A stretch of DNA of 64,000 bases, from contig CP147779.1 of assembly GCA_037308085.1 (NCBI GenBank), forward strand, positions 1,600,001-1,664,000. The letters run 5' to 3'. This stretch comes from Promethearchaeati archaeon SRVP18_Atabeyarchaeia-1. Lineage in GTDB: Archaea > Asgardarchaeota > Atabeyarchaeia > Atabeyarchaeales > Atabeyarchaeaceae. Below the pieces are notes generated by a model. It was not told the origin of the DNA. It saw only the letters and a program-made list of their open reading frames with translations, and did not search any database. Of the stretch, positions 1 to 9,000 are shown in pieces; positions within the stretch are counted from its first letter, which is position 1, and every line of letters begins with the position of its first letter. Position numbers and translations under genes: made by a program.

Positions 1-178
1 TCAGACCGATTGGCGGCAGTCTCCGCTAATGGAAGTGGCTGCTGGTCTTGTTCAGATCACATTGGCAGGAATCGGGAAAGAATTGGAGAATCGTTGGACA
101 AGACTGTCAGTAGAGAAAGGTTAATGTTCTCTGGAAAGCATTTCAGAATCTTGCAACCATATTGTCGGAGGGGAGCAA

Positions 179-334
179 ATGGGTAAGCATTATGCAACAT
201 GCCCAAGCTGTGGGTTCAAGGTGCACATAAGCTATTATTCAAAATCGATGAGCGAAGGAATGATTCCATCTGGGAAATGCGAGAAATGTGGGAAAAGGAT
301 CTACACTACGGTTTTTTGGGAGGAAGAAGACTAG
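179..334 (+). CDS. Small CPxCG zinc-ribbon protein (51 aa, not in ORF track)
   Basis: MGKHYATCPSCG...GKCEKCGKRI...; two CxxC pairs; GGAGGGG SD upstream. Confidence 0.7.
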   Translation: MGKHYATCPSCGFKVHISYYSKSMSEGMIPSGKCEKCGKRIYTTVFWEEED

Positions 335-369
335 CAGGCTGAAGCAGGCAGAGAATTGGCCAACGCTTC

Positions 370-1743
370 TCATTCTTTCTTAACTTGGTAGCCTGCTTTT
401 CTCCATGCCATCATCCCACCTAGTACGTTTGTGACATTTTCGTATCCATTCATCTTCAGTACGCTACTAGCGACGCTAGTCTTGAAGCCAGAGTCACATA
501 CGATGCAGATCTGCCTGTTTTTCGGTATGTCATTTAGTCTCTCCTTTGTATAGCCAACGTATACGTGATGAGCTCCCTCGATGTAGCCATCTTCTTCCCA
601 GCTAGCATCATCTCTGACGTCAAGAAGGTAGAGAGACTTATCGTCAATCCTTGCCTTGAGATCGTGGGCTGTCCACTCTCTGGTCGTATCCACCTTCTCA
701 GCGCTCTTGTACCAGGTTGGGAAGCTCTTGGCAAGATAGCCAACGATGTTGTCATAACCAAGTCTGACAAGGTACCTGACAATCTCATCCAGGTTCTGAT
801 CGCTTTCCCTTATCAGGATAATTGGCTTATCGTAGCTCAAGACCCATCCAGCGAAAACGGGCAGACCGTCTTTCCATATGTTTATGCTGCCCGGAATGTG
901 TCCGCCTGCGTAGCTTGTGGGCATCCTTGTGTCAAGGATCTGTGCCCCGCGTTTCATTTGCTCCTTGAATTCCTTCACCGCGAGGGCTCTTGGATATGGC
1001 AGTCCTCGGAGAAGAGGCGCCCCGTCTTTGTTGTACTTCTCCATTCTTGTGAAGTAGGGAGGTCTATCCAGTTTTTCCCTCATCTTGTACTCGATGAAGT
1101 CTGTCTTAGCACTCTTCTTCAGAACACGGTTGTTCTTCTTCTCGAAGCCTATAGTCGTGAACTCAAGATTCGCGATATCCCGGCCGCAAACGGAGCCAGC
1201 ACCATGCGCTGGACAAACTATGACTTCGTCGCCCAGTTGGAGGATCTTGTCGAATAGACTGTCATACATGGCTCCAGAGAGCCTCCTTCTGTCTTTCTCC
1301 CCATAGAGATCTGTTCTGCCCACTTCTCCTGCAAAAAGTGTGTCACCCGTAAAAACCATGTGTGGATCTCCTGACACTTCCTTGTCCTTCAATGTGATGG
1401 AGATGCTTTCATCCGTATGTCCAGGTGTTTCATGGATCTCCAGCTCAAGAGTGCCGACATTGAACTTGTCTCCTTCCTGGACTTTCATGCCATACGAGAA
1501 ATCTCTCTTTGCCCCGTGATATATATCCGCCCCGACCCTGCTTGACAGCTCCACTGACCCTACTACAAAGTCCTCGTTCAGATGCGTTTCGAATATGCGT
1601 GTGATATTGACTTCTTGTTTCTTGGCTATTTGGAGGTAGATGCTGCAATCTCTGCGGGGATCTATTACAGTAGCTTCTAGACCAGATCCAATGAAATAGG
1701 AATTATGGGCAATTCCTTCAGATTTCACTTTCTCGAAGATCAC
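370..1743 (-). CDS. MBL-fold hydrolase (persulfide dioxygenase-like) fused to two rhodanese domains
   Basis: THLNEDF, TPGHT, FTGDTLF, CPAHGAG motifs; C-terminal rhodanese loop VCDSGFKT. Confidence 0.9.
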   Translation of the reverse strand: MIFEKVKSEGIAHNSYFIGSGLEATVIDPRRDCSIYLQIAKKQEVNITRIFETHLNEDFVVGSVELSSRVGADIYHGAKRDFSYGMKVQEGDKFNVGTLELEIHETPGHTDESISITLKDKEVSGDPHMVFTGDTLFAGEVGRTDLYGEKDRRRLSGAMYDSLFDKILQLGDEVIVCPAHGAGSVCGRDIANLEFTTIGFEKKNNRVLKKSAKTDFIEYKMREKLDRPPYFTRMEKYNKDGAPLLRGLPYPRALAVKEFKEQMKRGAQILDTRMPTSYAGGHIPGSINIWKDGLPVFAGWVLSYDKPIILIRESDQNLDEIVRYLVRLGYDNIVGYLAKSFPTWYKSAEKVDTTREWTAHDLKARIDDKSLYLLDVRDDASWEEDGYIEGAHHVYVGYTKERLNDIPKNRQICIVCDSGFKTSVASSVLKMNGYENVTNVLGGMMAWRKAGYQVKKE

Positions 1744-1771
1744 TTCAGAATCCTCTCCTCATCTTTCTCAC

Positions 1772-2689
1772 TCAGAATTGGCTTTTGCCGGTCAAAGTTG
1801 GGTTATCCCGGTAGGATGTCCATTCGGTGAAGGAACCCTCGAAGATCCTCACCTTGGGATACCCGAAGTACCATTTAAGCAGGAAGAATGGAACCGTTGC
1901 ATGGCGTCCAGTTCCACAAGATAGTATGACGCTCTTGTCTGGGCTTGCACCATGCCTTTCGAAAAGGGTTTTTAGCTCGCTGTCGGACCGCAGTAACCTG
2001 CTGTTCTTCTCATCTACCAGTTCAGTCCAGGGTAGGTTGACCGCGCCGGGAATGTGACCAAGCCTGATCCACGGACCTTCTCCTTCATAGTACTTGGAAG
2101 GGCGCGTGTCTAGATGCAGCACGCCTCCCTGATCCTTTATTCTCTTGAATTCTTCGTACTCAACAAAGAGATCATGGTTGACCTTACCCTTGAATCTGGA
2201 TTCCTTGATTCTGGGGAAGATCTTTGTGAGTTTCCTGCCTTCCTCTTTCCACTTGTCTATACCTCCATCGAGGACATAGATCTTGTCATGGCCAAAACGC
2301 GCCAGCGTGTAGGCAACCATGAACTGCTCCGCGCCGTCTCCTTGGACTTTGAAGGCTCCTGTTCCAGTATAGACGACAATAGGGAGATCGGCCTTGACCC
2401 CGATGTTCCTAAGGATGCTTTGGATACTTTCGAGTGATATATAGCGCGCGGGGAGTCCGCCAAGTGAAGCCCTGAGTATCCTCTCACTCAGGTACGACGC
2501 ACCGGGAATATGCTGCTGGACGTAGTCATACAAATCGGGTTGTGCATCCACGATCATTAATCCGTCGTCATCCAAGTGTTCATCTAGCCAACTAGTCGAA
2601 ACCAGCTTCACGCTAGCCTTGCCAGACGGGCACGGATAGATTCTCTCTGTAATGGCGTCCCACGCTCCCTCATTGATTGAAATCGCCAT
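1772..2689 (-). CDS. sseA: Tandem-rhodanese thiosulfate/3-mercaptopyruvate sulfurtransferase
   Basis: HIPGA twice, active-site loop CGTGRHA, FEGSFTEW. Confidence 0.9.
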   Translation of the reverse strand: MAISINEGAWDAITERIYPCPSGKASVKLVSTSWLDEHLDDDGLMIVDAQPDLYDYVQQHIPGASYLSERILRASLGGLPARYISLESIQSILRNIGVKADLPIVVYTGTGAFKVQGDGAEQFMVAYTLARFGHDKIYVLDGGIDKWKEEGRKLTKIFPRIKESRFKGKVNHDLFVEYEEFKRIKDQGGVLHLDTRPSKYYEGEGPWIRLGHIPGAVNLPWTELVDEKNSRLLRSDSELKTLFERHGASPDKSVILSCGTGRHATVPFFLLKWYFGYPKVRIFEGSFTEWTSYRDNPTLTGKSQF

Positions 2690-2819
2690 GGATATGGTAC
2701 AATAGTCTTTGTTTATGGCTTCCTTAACATGTCTACAAGCATTTTGATGTAGACTAAGTTATATATTCATTTTTGGAAGTAGGTTTGCTCAGCTAGTTAT
2801 GCATGGAGGTTAGAGTGCA

Positions 2820-3503
2820 TTGGCGAGTATTTTTCGAAATATGATGGAGTCGATGTCGGGCGAGACAAACAAATTCCTGCTGATCGGTGAACAAGCTCCC
2901 AGCTTTGAAGCGCAGACAACGTTGGGGAAAGTCAAGTTTCCGGACGACTACAGAGGCAAGTGGATTGTTCTATTCTCTCATCCCGCTGATTTCACACCAG
3001 TCTGTACAACCGAATTCGTAGCATTCCAGAAGAGGTTCGAGCAGTTCGAGGAACTAAATGCCCAATTGATTGGGCTAAGCATCGACCAGATTTTTGCCCA
3101 CATAAAGTGGGTTCAATGGATCAAGGAGAACCTTGAAACAGAAATCAAGTTCCCGGTAATCGCAGACGACAGAGGCAAGATCGCCGAAATGTTCGGAATG
3201 ATACATCCTGCAAAGGCAACCAACACGGTCAGGGCAGTATTCATCATAGACCCCCAAGGCATCGTTAGACTGATTATCTACTATCCACAAGAAGTCGGGC
3301 GCAACTTCGACGAGATACTCAGAGTCCTGAGGGCACTGCAGACAGTTGATGAAAACAAAGTCTCCACGCCCGCGAACTGGCCAAACAACGAACTGATTGG
3401 CGACGAAGTCATAATTCCCCCACCAAAGGATGTCGCGTCTGCCGAGAAGAGAAAGGATGAATACGAGTGCTACGATTGGTGGTTCTGTCACAAGAAGCTG
3501 TAG
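2820..3503 (+). CDS. Peroxiredoxin (Prx6/archaeal type)
   Basis: [27 protein letters not shown] tail. Confidence 0.95.
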   Translation: MASIFRNMMESMSGETNKFLLIGEQAPSFEAQTTLGKVKFPDDYRGKWIVLFSHPADFTPVCTTEFVAFQKRFEQFEELNAQLIGLSIDQIFAHIKWVQWIKENLETEIKFPVIADDRGKIAEMFGMIHPAKATNTVRAVFIIDPQGIVRLIIYYPQEVGRNFDEILRVLRALQTVDENKVSTPANWPNNELIGDEVIIPPPKDVASAEKRKDEYECYDWWFCHKKL

Positions 3504-3631
3504 GCCGGTTGCCTAGAATTCGCAGAAACAGACCGCTAAGCTCAAAGCCCTCGTTTCTCTACGGAGCATGTGGCGCGTGCGGCCCTCCCTCCTTTTATTT
3601 CTTTATTCTGTATAGTATCTGGGGTGGTTGA

Positions 3632-4312
3632 ATGCTTGGTTTCGATTCTCACTTTGCAGTGAAGATGCCGGGTCTAAGGGTCACTGCTCTGAAGGTAGCT
3701 GTTGAGAAGGTAGAAGACAGAAATGTAGGACTCGAGGAGCTGAAGATAGCTGTTGCCGAAGAAGTGAGATCCAAGTACTCACTGGAATCGGTCAAGGACG
3801 TCAAGGTATTCAGGTTCTATAGAGACTTCTTTTGGAGGTTGGGAATAGATCCCACCAAAGTAAGACCAGCATCAGAGGCTCTGATTAGAAGGATCCTTCA
3901 GGGTGGATCGATCCCAACGATAAACACTGCCGTCGACGCCATCAATATATCATCCATCCAGACTGAGATAGTGGTCGACGCTTTTGATGTGGCGAAGATT
4001 AGCGGCGAGGCGAAGATCAGGTTCGCATCTAGAGGCGATAGGTTTCTTGGAATTGGAATGGCGCGCGAACTGACAATGACTGGCGGAGAGATAGTGATTT
4101 CGGACGACCTTGGCCCAATTGCCATCTACCCTCATAGAGACTCAGTGAGAACTGGAGTGTCTCTGCAAACCAAGGCGATGCTTACAGTGATGTGCGGCGT
4201 GCCTGGAATAGGGGAGGAGATGCTAGCTGATGCAGCAAAGGTCGTCTCCAGGATGGTGACAAGGTTCTGCGAAGGTATGAACATTGGTCAGTCGATGTCC
4301 CTTCCAAAATAG
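3632..4312 (+). CDS. B3/4 domain protein (PheRS-beta editing-domain-like)
   Basis: YRDFFWRLGIDPTKVRPASEALIRR, INTAVDAINISS. Confidence 0.85.
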   Translation: MLGFDSHFAVKMPGLRVTALKVAVEKVEDRNVGLEELKIAVAEEVRSKYSLESVKDVKVFRFYRDFFWRLGIDPTKVRPASEALIRRILQGGSIPTINTAVDAINISSIQTEIVVDAFDVAKISGEAKIRFASRGDRFLGIGMARELTMTGGEIVISDDLGPIAIYPHRDSVRTGVSLQTKAMLTVMCGVPGIGEEMLADAAKVVSRMVTRFCEGMNIGQSMSLPK

Positions 4313-4376
4313 GTCAGTTTCCGCTAATTCAACCCCCATATGTCGATTCTTTAGTCAGCAGCTAGGAAAACGTTAC

Positions 4377-4608
4377 AAACGCGGGCCAGAAAGCCCACGC
4401 CCTTCAGGGGTGGGGTGAATGGCGGGTTCAAATACGGGAAGATGTACCCGTCCGAGCATAGGTACGGTGCGTGCCGAATCTACGCCTGTGGAGATCGAAG
4501 CCGCTACCCCGGCGTCCTTGGAATACCTTAACGGCATTCCACACGCCAAGGCAAGCTTGGTCCATGAACCAGGAAGCCAACACCCCCTTCAAGGGGTTGG
4601 CAGCTCAC
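4377..4608 (+). mobile_element. Non-autonomous IS200/IS605 miniature element (left end + tnpB 3' tail/omegaRNA + right end)
   Basis: TTAC target 4373-4376; left end AAAG + hairpin CCCACGCCCTTCAGGGGTGGG; tnpB-tail-like IGTVRAESTPVEIE; right end GAAG + hairpin CCAACACCCCCTTCAAGGGGTTGG + TCAC. Confidence 0.85.
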
Positions 4609-4644
4609 ATCCTGATACGGCGAGTTGACAAGCAAAACAAGGGA

Positions 4645-4848
4645 TTGCTTTTGAAGGTCCTGATTGTAGTTGCTCTGGTAGTCTTTGTTGCACTTGGGGT
4701 ATGGGGAATGACGCTTCCAGCAGATGCTTCGATCTTCACGCTGGTCTACGCGCTGTGCGGTTTGCCCTACCTCCTGCTTTTGGTCTACGTTCCCTACAGG
4801 TATAGAAAAGGAATTTATGCGCTAGGCGAGACAGGAAGGAAGAAGTAG
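4645..4848 (+). CDS. Small two-TM membrane protein (start uncertain)
   Basis: Two hydrophobic segments and a basic tail; the upstream part of track ORF 4471 is IS sequence. Confidence 0.55.
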   Translation: MLLKVLIVVALVVFVALGVWGMTLPADASIFTLVYALCGLPYLLLLVYVPYRYRKGIYALGETGRKK

Positions 4849-5036
4849 ATTCATGCTGTGGTAGCAGTGCCGACAGGATTCCGCTTTCCTCCTTTTTCTT
4901 ATATAGCCATCCCTAGTTGAACCACATCATGCTGCACATGAACCGCATTTTCTCGGAAAGGCAGGGCTTCCGAATCCAAACTTCCGTTATGGAAAGGCTT
5001 TTATTTGATCATCTGATTATCTAATGCGATACTGCT

Positions 5037-5161
5037 CTGGGCGGGAGCAGCTTGCGCCTTCTCCTGCTCAGATTAGTAGCGTCAAAGCTGAACATACACC
5101 AGTTAAATTACCTTGAAGAATACGTCTGCATACGTCTATCAGGAGACGGGTACGTCTCCTG
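5037..5161 (+). promoter_or_regulatory. Structured leader/operator upstream of ABC exporter
   Basis: Stem 5037-5047/5061-5071; perfect 9-bp stem CAGGAGACG-GGTA-CGTCTCCTG; TACGTCT at 5121, 5131, 5151. Confidence 0.45.
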
Positions 5162-5185
5162 CATGCAAGGCCGTGGTCGCCTAGT

Positions 5186-5896
5186 GTGGAGGAAGCAAGC
5201 ATGTCAGATAATTATCTAGTTGAGGCGCGAGGACTTAATAAGAAATACAGGATGGGAAAAACCGAGGTTAACGCACTCAGAGGCGTTGACATAAAGGTGT
5301 CTCCTGGCGAGTTCGTGGCAGTTATGGGCGTCTCTGGGAGCGGTAAATCAACCTTGCTGCACCTCTTGGGGGGGCTCGACCGCCCCAGCACGGGCTCCAT
5401 AAGGATCGATGGCGTGGACCTGTCAACTCTTAAGGACAGCCAGCTAGCGGATATTAGGTCAAGGAAAATCGGTTTCGTCTTCCAGTTCTTCAATCTGCTG
5501 ACAAGGTTGACTGCATTGAGAAATGTCCGGCTTCCGGCAGAAATCGCAGGCGCTTCAGCCAAACAGGCTGAGAAACAGGCGTTGGAGATGCTGAAACTTG
5601 TTGGACTTGGCGACAGGGCGAACCATCGCCCAACTGAGATGAGCGGTGGTGAGCAGCAACGCGTCGCCATAGCTCGCGCGCTCATAAACAAGCCAAAAAT
5701 CATCCTGGCAGACGAGCCAACGGGAAATCTTGATACGAAGACAGGTCTGGAAATACTGAAGTTACTAAAGCGAATAAACAAGGAAAACGGGCAAGCGCTA
5801 GTCGTCGTGTCGCACGATCTGCGCGTAGGCGAACTCGCGGACAGGACAATCCACTTGCAGGATGGGCGTATCGTAAGCGAAAAAGCAGCCACGTAG
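5186..5896 (+). CDS. ABC transporter ATP-binding protein (LolD/MacB type)
   Basis: GVSGSGKST, MSGGEQQRVAIARAL, ILADEPTGNLD. Confidence 0.95.
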   Translation: MEEASMSDNYLVEARGLNKKYRMGKTEVNALRGVDIKVSPGEFVAVMGVSGSGKSTLLHLLGGLDRPSTGSIRIDGVDLSTLKDSQLADIRSRKIGFVFQFFNLLTRLTALRNVRLPAEIAGASAKQAEKQALEMLKLVGLGDRANHRPTEMSGGEQQRVAIARALINKPKIILADEPTGNLDTKTGLEILKLLKRINKENGQALVVVSHDLRVGELADRTIHLQDGRIVSEKAAT

Positions 5897-5940
5897 AGTT
5901 GCACCGAACAAGTGCGAGAAGCATAGGAAAGTGTTGAGCT

Positions 5941-7203
5941 ATGAGAAAGAGAAGCATAGTATCAATGGGTTTTAGTGCGCTTTCACAAAGAAAAATGAGG
6001 ACCAGCCTCACCACACTCGGAATAGTCGTCGGGATCATGACCATAGTGGCGATATCATCCTTAAGTGGAGGTTTTCAAACACAAATTACGAACATGCTTA
6101 CGAGTGGATTTGAGGCCGACGTCGTCACCGTCAGCTCAGGTGGACTCTTCGGTGGAGGAGTCACGCTTCAGCGACAGGATGTCAACAACATAGGCAATTT
6201 CACAGACGTGACTGTAGCGACCGGGATGGCGCAGAAACTAGTGACGATCTTTCATGGTGGCAGAAATGTTAATACCACCCTGTGCGGGGTCGACTTTGCC
6301 GCCTTCCTCAAGGTCTATCCGGACAAGCTAACCTTCGCCAATGGCTCATTGCCAGATCCGGTACGCAACAACACACTGATCCTTGGCTACAGTGACGACC
6401 CAATTGCACAAGTGGGTCAAAACGTAACAGTTCAGTTTGTCATAGGTGGCTTCCTCAAGCCAAAGAACGCCACTTTCCAAGTAGAAGGAATATTCGTGAA
6501 GGTTGGTTTCGCCGGAACAACAATAATCGATCGTGGAGCATTCATACCCCTGGATACTCTGCAGAGCATCTTCAGAGAATTCAATGTAACCCAGAATATT
6601 GACACCATCCTCGTGAAAGTGGACAGCGCAAACAAAGCTGAGCAAGTAGGGGACAGGATCAAGACGTACTTCAGCGGACAAGCCAGCGTAATCGTTGCCA
6701 CGAGCTTCATCAAGTCACTGCAATCGATCCTCAGCATTGTCACAGTCTTTCTACTTGCCATTGGTTCCATAGCACTCATAGTTGCAGGAATAAGCATCAT
6801 GAACATAACGATGGTCTCAGTTATGGAGCGAACGCGAGAAATAGGCATTCTCAAAGCGCTTGGCGCAAGAAACAGGACGGTGCTCGCCCAGTTTCTCACC
6901 GAAGCAGCGTTGATAGGTTTAATGGGTGGCCTCATCGGGATCCCGTTGGGACTGGGAGTAGCCGTGGTGTTGGGAAGAGTTATGCCTGCGATGTTTTCTT
7001 CTGGGTCCTTCAGCGGATTCGGTGGAGGCGGTGGCGGAGGATTTGCGAGCTTTGGGCAGGATCTCCAACTAAACCCCGTCATTGATCCAGTTAGCATAAC
7101 AACGGCGGTCCTCTTCGCCCTGGCGATAACAGTGATCTTTGCCATCTACCCAGCTCGAAAAGCCTCGAAACTTGATCCCGTGACAGCTCTCAGATACGAG
7201 TAG
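5941..7203 (+). CDS. ABC transporter permease (MacB/FtsX family)
   Basis: RTSLTTLGIVVGI, SVMERTREIGILKALGA, PARKASKLDPVTALRYE. Confidence 0.95.
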   Translation: MRKRSIVSMGFSALSQRKMRTSLTTLGIVVGIMTIVAISSLSGGFQTQITNMLTSGFEADVVTVSSGGLFGGGVTLQRQDVNNIGNFTDVTVATGMAQKLVTIFHGGRNVNTTLCGVDFAAFLKVYPDKLTFANGSLPDPVRNNTLILGYSDDPIAQVGQNVTVQFVIGGFLKPKNATFQVEGIFVKVGFAGTTIIDRGAFIPLDTLQSIFREFNVTQNIDTILVKVDSANKAEQVGDRIKTYFSGQASVIVATSFIKSLQSILSIVTVFLLAIGSIALIVAGISIMNITMVSVMERTREIGILKALGARNRTVLAQFLTEAALIGLMGGLIGIPLGLGVAVVLGRVMPAMFSSGSFSGFGGGGGGGFASFGQDLQLNPVIDPVSITTAVLFALAITVIFAIYPARKASKLDPVTALRYE

Positions 7204-7239
7204 TGAGGACCCCCCCAACCTCTTTCTATTTTCTGGAGG

Positions 7240-7923
7240 TTAGCGCATGTACTCCTCACCCTTCAGCTGATGCGAGATGTAGGTGATCACGTCGCTCGGA
7301 GTGATGCTCACTTTCAGTTTTCTTCCTAGCTCAAACGCTCTAAGGAATCTTGGTGCGCAGAGTCTCCTGAACCTCTCTACCGTCAGCGGATTCTCTCTGA
7401 GTTTTTCCCTATCTTCCTCTGTTAGGTCACAGGTTTCCTGCAGTGCGTACCTTCGAGATATCTCAATGGACATTCCTTCTCTGTGATCCTTTGAGAGTCT
7501 GCTAGTGAATTCGCTCAGCTTCCCCATATTCGCAGCGTTTTCCCACTGATCTAGAAGTTCCGAGATTACTAGTCTCAAAGCTTCGAAGACGGGCGTCAGA
7601 CCTATCCCCTTCTCGATTAGGCTACACACCATTGGATTTAGCGTAAAAGAGGCATCCGCCTGGTAGCTGGATGGCGCCCGCCTTCTTTTCTCTACCTCGG
7701 ATCCTGGCTTTCCAAGTCTCGCCAAGATCTCCCTGAGAACCTCAAGGTACTCCTCTTCAGTTACCGCAACCATGATATTATGTAGAACCTGAATTGTCGC
7801 TGTCACATCAGTCTTAGATTCGTCTAGGAATTCGCTCATCTCATCAATACTGACGAAGCCGTCAACCAGCGCTGCATCATAGATCAAGTGAGATATTGTT
7901 AGGAAGAGGCCCTTACCCTTCAT
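7240..7923 (-). CDS. Hypothetical protein
   Basis: 227-aa ORF with GGAGGGG SD; no motif recognised. Confidence 0.7.
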   Translation of the reverse strand: MKGKGLFLTISHLIYDAALVDGFVSIDEMSEFLDESKTDVTATIQVLHNIMVAVTEEEYLEVLREILARLGKPGSEVEKRRRAPSSYQADASFTLNPMVCSLIEKGIGLTPVFEALRLVISELLDQWENAANMGKLSEFTSRLSKDHREGMSIEISRRYALQETCDLTEEDREKLRENPLTVERFRRLCAPRFLRAFELGRKLKVSITPSDVITYISHQLKGEEYMR

Positions 7924-8147
7924 CTCTCAAGGTTCCCCTCCGAAGTCTTGCAGCTGAAGAAGAGACAGGATAATGTTCCAAGCCGTCCATCCAAGTCTGA
8001 ATCGCCATGCAGTATGATCTTGTAAGTTGCTCAAGGTTATAAGCCTGACTAGACAGCGAAGCAGCCCGCTCAGAATTCTGTCGCTTAAGGTGACGGAGAG
8101 CAAAGGCAAGAAGGGAATAGCGCAGCGATGCACAGGAACTCTCGGAC

Positions 8148-8753
8148 TCACTTTGCCTTCTTCTTGCTGGATATGGGCTCGTACTTTCCACGAATTACCA
8201 TACCTGTAACCAGCATCAATATTCCGGTGCAAGCAAAAAGCGTAATGGCTGAGTAGTTAAAGCCGAGGCCAAGACCTGAGGGAGGAGGGAAGTAGATGTA
8301 GTTGAAGCCGATTCTGGCTGCCGCCATAAGAGCACCGAACACCAGTGAGAGCAAGACGAATCTGGCGACTGTTTCCTTGGGCTTATCCTTTTCCTCTATT
8401 TCAAAAGCTCTCATTAACCCTACCTTGACGAGCCCCACAAGGAAGACAAAGGACATCAGGAAGATTGTGCCGATATCGTAGACCAGGGGCTGCATTTCCG
8501 GGATGAAGTAACCCAGTATTAGTATCTGGCCAAGAGTATACAGGTATGCCAGAATGTTGCCGAAGGCAAGGTCGACTGGGTGAATGTAACCGACTTTCTC
8601 TCTCTTGAAAGTGTCTACAAAAGCGAAAGCTAGAACCAGTGCAAGTGGGGCAAGGCTTGCATAGAATAGACGGACGTCCTTCAGCAGGATTGACAGAGCG
8701 AGAAGTGTGCCGCCTACACCTTCTGCCAATTCCCCAAACATTATCAATCGCAT
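8148..8753 (-). CDS. Hypothetical membrane protein (~6 TM)
   Basis: Multiple hydrophobic helices, lysine-rich tail. Confidence 0.75.
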   Translation of the reverse strand: MRLIMFGELAEGVGGTLLALSILLKDVRLFYASLAPLALVLAFAFVDTFKREKVGYIHPVDLAFGNILAYLYTLGQILILGYFIPEMQPLVYDIGTIFLMSFVFLVGLVKVGLMRAFEIEEKDKPKETVARFVLLSLVFGALMAAARIGFNYIYFPPPSGLGLGFNYSAITLFACTGILMLVTGMVIRGKYEPISSKKKAK

Positions 8754-9000
8754 CTGCTGAGCACCCGCTTCTTCTCCTAGTCGGAATTGTATAGATAGTC
8801 CTTCTGATAACTTAAAAGATTTACGTCAACCATGCCGCTATCGTAGCAAAGTATTAAGGTGCATGCATCCCCTATTGGAGTCCTTAAGCAGCATTCGATA
8901 GCTATGTAATGGGGGAGCCTAGGCAAGGCATCATCTTCAGCTGCCCTCACCACGTACATGATTACTGTCATCACTGCATCACTAGATTGGTGAAGTTACC

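Noticed and set aside
7913-8232. Overlapping short ORFs between two genes
   Set aside because: No protein-like motif; the region contains a TTATAA promoter-like element and is probably intergenic.
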